The notes under the pieces were generated by a model. It had not been told where the DNA came from and did no database searches. It saw only the letters and a program-made list of their open reading frames with translations. From the NCBI GenBank assembly GCA_018657525.1, contig JABHWZ010000004.1, positions 114,382-178,381 on the forward strand: a stretch of 64,000 nucleotides of DNA, given 5' to 3'. Positions 59,332 through 64,000 of the stretch are shown one piece after another. Both the position numbers and the translations under genes were made by a program. Position 1 is the stretch's first letter; the number at the start of each line of letters is the position of its first letter. Source of the DNA: an archaeon. Its GTDB lineage: Archaea > Nanobdellota > Nanobdellia > Pacearchaeales > GW2011-AR1.

Positions 59332-61106
59332 TCTCCCAATGCCTCCTTGGTATAATCTTTTTCTTTCTCATACTCTTCAATTCCACCCTCAATTATTTCG
59401 GCTATTTTATCAACTTCTGAAGAAAAAATATTCAAATTATTTTTAGAATCAATAAAAGAATTCATCAATCTCTCTTCAATTTTACTCTTTCCAGTTTTCC
59501 CCTCGTCGTCCAAACCCAAATTAAATAAAATAATCGGCAATTCCCCAATAACCAATCCAACACAACACATTTTATTTATAATTAAATCCACTACATACTC
59601 TTCCATTGTATGTTTCGTCGCCAAACTATAAATATTCATGTCATTTTTTTGACCTATTCTATCTAACCTACCAATTCTTTGCTCTACTGACATAGGATTC
59701 CACGGCAAATCATAATTAATCAAATTCTTACAGAACTGAAAATTCAACCCCTCACATCCAGTCTCAGTACTAATCATTATATTCGCTGATTCCTTAAATT
59801 CCTTAATTCTCTGAGTCTTCTCTTCTCTATCCAATCCCCCCATAAATTCCACAACTTTCAAATTATAAGGTTCTAATTTCTCAGCAATATATTTCAAAGT
59901 TGTAGGATGTTTTGTATAAATTAAAGTCTTAGAATTAGAATCTTCTTTTAAAACTTTTTCCACAATTTCAATTAACTTATCCATTTTTGAATCAATTTTC
60001 AAATTTTTATATTCATTCAAAATCTGTCTTGCAATTTCTTTAGTTTTTTCATGATACTTATCATCATTAATAATCCTTGTCAAAGATTCCATAGCAGAAC
60101 GCGACGAACTAGTTATCTTTGGTAAAATAGCAAAAACAATTAACCGACTATTGATCGGAGTTCCATTAGCCGCAAAATACTGAGTTTTTAATAAATCGCA
60201 AATTGCATTATAAATATCAAGTTCTTTTTGAGTCGGTTCCACTGCTACAATCTTCGGAATTCTTTTTTTATAATCAATTCCAATCTTACTTCTAATTCTT
60301 CTAACCATAACTTCCTGTAACCTCTCCCTAAGTTCCTTTGGATTCAAAGGATACCTTTTGTTACCCTTATTCAAAAACTTTTTTCGAAACTCTTTAATCG
60401 TCCCGAGATGTCCTCGTTTCAATAAATGCAAAAGATTATACAATTCTAATAAATCATTTTGAAATGGAGTCGCAGTCAATAATAAAAATCTTTTTTTCTG
60501 AATCTTATCCACAAATTTCCAACGCACAGTATTTTTAGCTTTAAGTTTATGAGCCTCGTCGACAATTAAGATATCCCAAGAGATTTCATGAGCCTTAGAA
60601 TGTTTATATTTTTTATTCTCTTTATTATAATTCTTAACCCTATCAATAGATGCGATTAAAAAATTGGACTGTTCCCAACTTGATTCGTTTTCAATAATTG
60701 TAAAATCAAGTTCAAATTTTTCTTTTAATTCCGCAACCCATTGATCAACTAGCGACGGAGGGGTAAGAATTAAGGCTTTTTTGACAAAGCCCCTCATAAT
60801 ACATTCTTTCAAAACAATCCCTGTTGTAATTGTTTTACCCAACCCTACCTCATCCGCCAACAAAGCCGAACCATTTAAATCTCGAAGAATTTGCAAAGCC
60901 CCCTCTGTTTGATGTGGCAGATTATATTCCAAATTTCTTTTTATAACATCGTAAGACAAAAGTTCATTTATCTCAGTCTCTTTAGAAATCTCTTCTGCTT
61001 CAACTTTCAAATTCAAAACTTCCTCAGATTCAAATTCCTGTTTATCTAATTTCTCAAATAAAAGATCATCCTCTGAAAAAGATTGATTAATAACAATATC
61101 GACCAT
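59313..61106 (-). CDS. SNF2-family helicase (YqhH/RapA-like)
   Basis: LADEVGLGKT, DEAH, TATPFQN, EGLNFQ, YDLPWNP, QRIGRLDR. Confidence 0.93.
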   Translation of the reverse strand: MVDIVINQSFSEDDLLFEKLDKQEFESEEVLNLKVEAEEISKETEINELLSYDVIKRNLEYNLPHQTEGALQILRDLNGSALLADEVGLGKTITTGIVLKECIMRGFVKKALILTPPSLVDQWVAELKEKFELDFTIIENESSWEQSNFLIASIDRVKNYNKENKKYKHSKAHEISWDILIVDEAHKLKAKNTVRWKFVDKIQKKRFLLLTATPFQNDLLELYNLLHLLKRGHLGTIKEFRKKFLNKGNKRYPLNPKELRERLQEVMVRRIRSKIGIDYKKRIPKIVAVEPTQKELDIYNAICDLLKTQYFAANGTPINSRLIVFAILPKITSSSRSAMESLTRIINDDKYHEKTKEIARQILNEYKNLKIDSKMDKLIEIVEKVLKEDSNSKTLIYTKHPTTLKYIAEKLEPYNLKVVEFMGGLDREEKTQRIKEFKESANIMISTETGCEGLNFQFCKNLINYDLPWNPMSVEQRIGRLDRIGQKNDMNIYSLATKHTMEEYVVDLIINKMCCVGLVIGELPIILFNLGLDDEGKTGKSKIEERLMNSFIDSKNNLNIFSSEVDKIAEIIEGGIEEYEKEKDYTKEALGEWKVKE

Positions 61107-61168
61107 CTTGGAAGAAAGAAATTTTACGCTTTTTTAAATATACTACTTCAAAAATTCTAATCTCTAAA

Positions 61169-61525
61169 TTACTTCCCTCTCTTATCTTTTTTCTTTCTCC
61201 CTTTCCTTCCCTTTCTTTTCTTTGGAAACGGCACAACATTCTCTTGCTCTCCTTCAGTAGAAAAATATCTCTCTTTTCCAGTTCCGTGCTCCAAATATCT
61301 TCGAAGATGATAACACCCCTTCCTTTCACAACTACGCAATAATCTTTTTCCAGTAATTATCCCATCATGTTCCCTATAATCGCAAAACGCCACGTATCTT
61401 CCCACTCCTTTTTTATCTCGTACAGAATTACAAAGCCCTCTTCTCTCTAACTCTTCCTGGTAAATATAAGAATTTCCTTCTATACGTGATGGAGTCCATT
61501 CAAAAACATCTGCTTTTTGTCCCAT
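61169..61525 (-). CDS. Basic hypothetical protein
   Basis: ORF track; C...C-x4-C-x-H. Confidence 0.55.
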   Translation of the reverse strand: MGQKADVFEWTPSRIEGNSYIYQEELERRGLCNSVRDKKGVGRYVAFCDYREHDGIITGKRLLRSCERKGCYHLRRYLEHGTGKERYFSTEGEQENVVPFPKKRKGRKGRKKKDKRGK

Positions 61526-61576
61526 AAAAAAACAACCAAATAACTCTTTTTAAAATTAATTGTTTGAAAAATCCTT

Positions 61577-61692
61577 AAGGGAATCGTTCGCAGGAGGCAA
61601 AGAGAAAACGATTCTCACTCACAAATCTCTGACGAGATTTGTCAACCTATTTTTTTCTACCACTGTAGGTTCTTTTTTTAAAAAAAGAACCC
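61577..61692. repeat. Multi-hairpin intergenic element (long copy)
   Basis: GAATCGTT...AACGATTC; ACAAATCTC-TGAC-GAGATTTGT; GGTTCTTTTTTT/AAAAAAAGAACC. Confidence 0.55.
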
Positions 61693-61726
61693 CAAGTTTT
61701 AAAAACCAAATTTCCCAATTTAAATA

Positions 61727-62287
61727 ATGAACAAAACAACAATCTTTATAATTGTTGCAGCAATACTAATCATAGGTTTCTTATTCAAGGGACCGCTAAC
61801 AGGAAACACAGCAAAAATGGAAAATTCAAAAGTTTTAATGAAAACATCAATGGGGGAAATTGAAATAGAATTATACGAAGACGAAATGCCCATCACAGCA
61901 GGCAATTTCAAAAAGCTCGTTCAAGAAGGATTCTACGACGGAGTTATTTTCCATAGAATCATTGATAATTTTATGCTCCAAGGTGGAGACCCGACTGGAA
62001 CAGGAATGGGCGGACCAGGTTATGAAATCAAGGACGAATTCACTAAAACAAAATTAGATGAAAACAACAGAGGAACACTTTCAATGGCAAACGCCGGACC
62101 AAACACAGGCGGATCACAATTCTTCATAAATTTAGTAAACAATAATTTTCTCGACGGAAAACATCCTGTTTTCGGAAAGGTCACAAAAGGAATGGACGTC
62201 ATAGACAAAATAGCAAAAGTTCAAACAAACGCGCAAGACAGACCAATGGAAAAAGTAGTAATGGAATCAGTTAGTTTAGTAGAATAA
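61727..62287 (+). CDS. Cyclophilin-type peptidyl-prolyl isomerase with N-terminal anchor
   Basis: FHRII..FMLQGGDPTGTG, SMANAGPNTGGSQFF, HPVFG. Confidence 0.95.
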   Translation: MNKTTIFIIVAAILIIGFLFKGPLTGNTAKMENSKVLMKTSMGEIEIELYEDEMPITAGNFKKLVQEGFYDGVIFHRIIDNFMLQGGDPTGTGMGGPGYEIKDEFTKTKLDENNRGTLSMANAGPNTGGSQFFINLVNNNFLDGKHPVFGKVTKGMDVIDKIAKVQTNAQDRPMEKVVMESVSLVE

Positions 62288-62363
62288 TTTTAGGTTTTTA
62301 ATAAATTAATATTTATCTCGTTTTTAATTATTGAGTTTAAGCAAATCAAAAGATTTATAAGGG

Positions 62364-62379
62364 TATATCATCTGATATA
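62364..62379. promoter_or_regulatory. Perfect palindrome below the TATA of the TA operon (putative operator)
   Basis: TATATCA-TC-TGATATA. Confidence 0.5.
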
Positions 62380-62432
62380 ACTATGAAAAAGGTAATGAAA
62401 GTGGGTGCTCTAGGAGAACGCGGGGATAAAGA

Positions 62433-62732
62433 ATGAATTTACTAAGAATGGAAAAGAAAACTCTTGCAAGATCACCAAGACTAGACACTGTACTAATGGT
62501 AGAAAAGTTTATACAAGAAAAAGATGGAGAATACAAGAAAAAACAGCTTTGGGAGAGCTTACCTAAAAAAATGATGTATCAAACATACAGCACAATAATA
62601 GATTACTTACTAATTTCTGGAAAAATTTCCGTAGACAGTGAAGGAAAAATTGGGTGGATATTTTATCCTGAAGAAGCGAAAGAACGACTTAAGATGGCAC
62701 ACCTAACTTGGAAAGGAGGAAAGAAAAAGTGA
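62433..62732 (+). CDS. wHTH-like putative antitoxin
   Basis: Upstream of and overlapping (GTGA) the RelE-like gene. Confidence 0.6.
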   Translation: MNLLRMEKKTLARSPRLDTVLMVEKFIQEKDGEYKKKQLWESLPKKMMYQTYSTIIDYLLISGKISVDSEGKIGWIFYPEEAKERLKMAHLTWKGGKKK

Positions 62733-63049
62733 GAAAACCTTGCGAAATACAATTCGTAAACAAAAAAGTCCATGAGACATACAAAAAATTAAAAGAAAAA
62801 CCATTAAAAGATCAACTAGAAAAGGCATTATGCGACATAGAAGAAAATCCTTTCTGTGGAATTCAAATTCCAAAAAAACTAATTCCAAAAGACTACATAA
62901 AAAAACACAACATCGGTAACGTGTGGAAATATAATCTCCCTGGAGCATGGAGACTTATTTATTCAATACGAGGCGGGGAAGTAACAATCATCACAATTAT
63001 TCTAGATTGGATGGATCACAAAACATACGAAAAGAAGTTCAAATACTAA
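62729..63049 (+). CDS. RelE/ParE-family toxin
   Basis: NPFCG...VWKYNLPGAWRLIYSI...H..Y; GTG start after GGAGG. Confidence 0.8.
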   Translation: MRKPCEIQFVNKKVHETYKKLKEKPLKDQLEKALCDIEENPFCGIQIPKKLIPKDYIKKHNIGNVWKYNLPGAWRLIYSIRGGEVTIITIILDWMDHKTYEKKFKY

Positions 63050-63095
63050 TCTGCCTATCTGTCCCTCCAATCATCGCTTTTTATCTAACCTAAAA

Positions 63096-63341
63096 TTATT
63101 TCTTTCTCATAATTATATCAAGAATAGCTAAAATAATTCCGACGCCAAATAAACTATAAGTAAGCCACCGATTACTATCATTAAAAATAATTCCCATAAA
63201 AATAAAAATAAATGCAACACTCGTCAACGGCGTAAGCGGCTTCACTTTCTTATTCATCCTCATAACGAAAGCAACCAAGGCTAACACTATCAAAACTGCG
63301 ATAAGAATCATAATGTATATTTGTGACGCGACCATGACCAA
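63096..63341 (-). CDS. Small three-TM protein
   Basis: Hydrophobic ORF. Confidence 0.6.
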   Translation of the reverse strand: MVMVASQIYIMILIAVLIVLALVAFVMRMNKKVKPLTPLTSVAFIFIFMGIIFNDSNRWLTYSLFGVGIILAILDIIMRKK

Positions 63342-63435
63342 TCAATCCAAAACAATTATTTAAACCCATCGCTACTATTATCACTAAAGGTGTAACAAGT
63401 AATCAAATCGCTACGCTCGTATAACAAAAACAAAC

Positions 63436-63906
63436 CTATCTATTCAAACTCCAAATGGCCCAATTCAAAAAACTAGCAAAACCTACCCAAAGAAAATAAG
63501 GTATTAATAAATATCCAGCAAATCTATTTACAAAATAAAAATAAAATCCAGTAGTAATAATAAATATCAATAAAATAAAAATTTCTACTAAAGACCATAA
63601 AGGACTATTAATTCCAAAAAACAAATAGCTCCAAAGAACATTGAGTATAAACTGTGATCCAAAAAAAACTAAAGCGACAGTTCTAACATTTGAAGAGGGT
63701 GCTACCCAAACAAGATAAAGTGCTATCCCCATTAAACTAAACAATAAAGTCCAAACCGGACCGAACACCCAACTAGGTGGATTAAAACTAGGCTTGTTGA
63801 TATTTTTATACCACCCCCCGTCAGAAGCAGTCCAAATCGCGCCAAAAGAACCAATTAGATTACACGCAATAATAAGACCTATTAATAAAAACCAATTCAC
63901 TCTCAT
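63436..63906 (-). CDS. tspO: TspO/MBR tryptophan-rich sensory protein
   Basis: WY..INKPSFNPPSWVFGPVWT, LN..WSYLFF, PYFLWVGFASFLN. Confidence 0.95.
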   Translation of the reverse strand: MRVNWFLLIGLIIACNLIGSFGAIWTASDGGWYKNINKPSFNPPSWVFGPVWTLLFSLMGIALYLVWVAPSSNVRTVALVFFGSQFILNVLWSYLFFGINSPLWSLVEIFILLIFIITTGFYFYFVNRFAGYLLIPYFLWVGFASFLNWAIWSLNR

Positions 63907-64000
63907 ATAATCTTGAACAAAAGTATATTTATAAAATATCCCTCACCAAAAGAACTATATAATTCCTTTATATAATAGTAAAATGGTAAGAATAAACTTA

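Noticed and set aside
2517-62948. Numerous 60-130 aa ORFs antisense to or nested in long genes
   Set aside because: Fully overlap well-supported CDSs and show no motifs.
63361-63430. Possible integron attC (TAAC motifs)
   Set aside because: No complementary GTT box or convincing palindrome.
1-64000. CRISPR array, rRNA, reverse transcriptase/DGR, transposase
   Set aside because: No regularly spaced repeat-spacer series, no long GC-rich rRNA-like stretch, and no RT or transposase motifs in the ORF track.

Overview
This is an AT-rich archaeal chromosome segment. The archaeal-type uL16, eL33, uS10, thermosome, GluRS, a C1:G72 tRNA-Tyr with a BHB intron and mostly leaderless TATA-driven genes point to a DPANN archaeon (Pacearchaeota/Woesearchaeota-like; inference). 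Housekeeping genes (gltX, serS, rpl10e, rpl35ae, rps10, thermosome, thyX-like, tmk, DEAD-box and SNF2 helicases, cyclophilin) are interspersed with accessory blocks. The blocks include a glycosyltransferase cluster, toxin-antitoxin modules (MNT-HEPN, RelE, Fic, NYN), secreted metalloproteases and arrays of tiny membrane ORFs. Four tRNAs are present: Val-TAC, Gly-GCC, Tyr-GTA with an 82-nt intron, and Asp-GTC. Three of them are followed by degenerate copies of their own 3' ends that bracket single-gene or gene-free inserts. The fourth is followed by a tyrosine recombinase with an atypical active site. The best candidates for undescribed systems are (1) a NYN ribonuclease preceded by a ~45-nt hairpin with its own apparent promoter and terminator, the whole module bracketed by a 25-bp direct repeat; (2) tRNA-anchored single-gene cassette accretion; and (3) a duplicated 90-bp promoter-plus-hairpin element flanking a skew-inverted cassette. 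No rRNA, CRISPR array, reverse transcriptase or transposase was seen. All calls come from reading the sequence, with no database searches.
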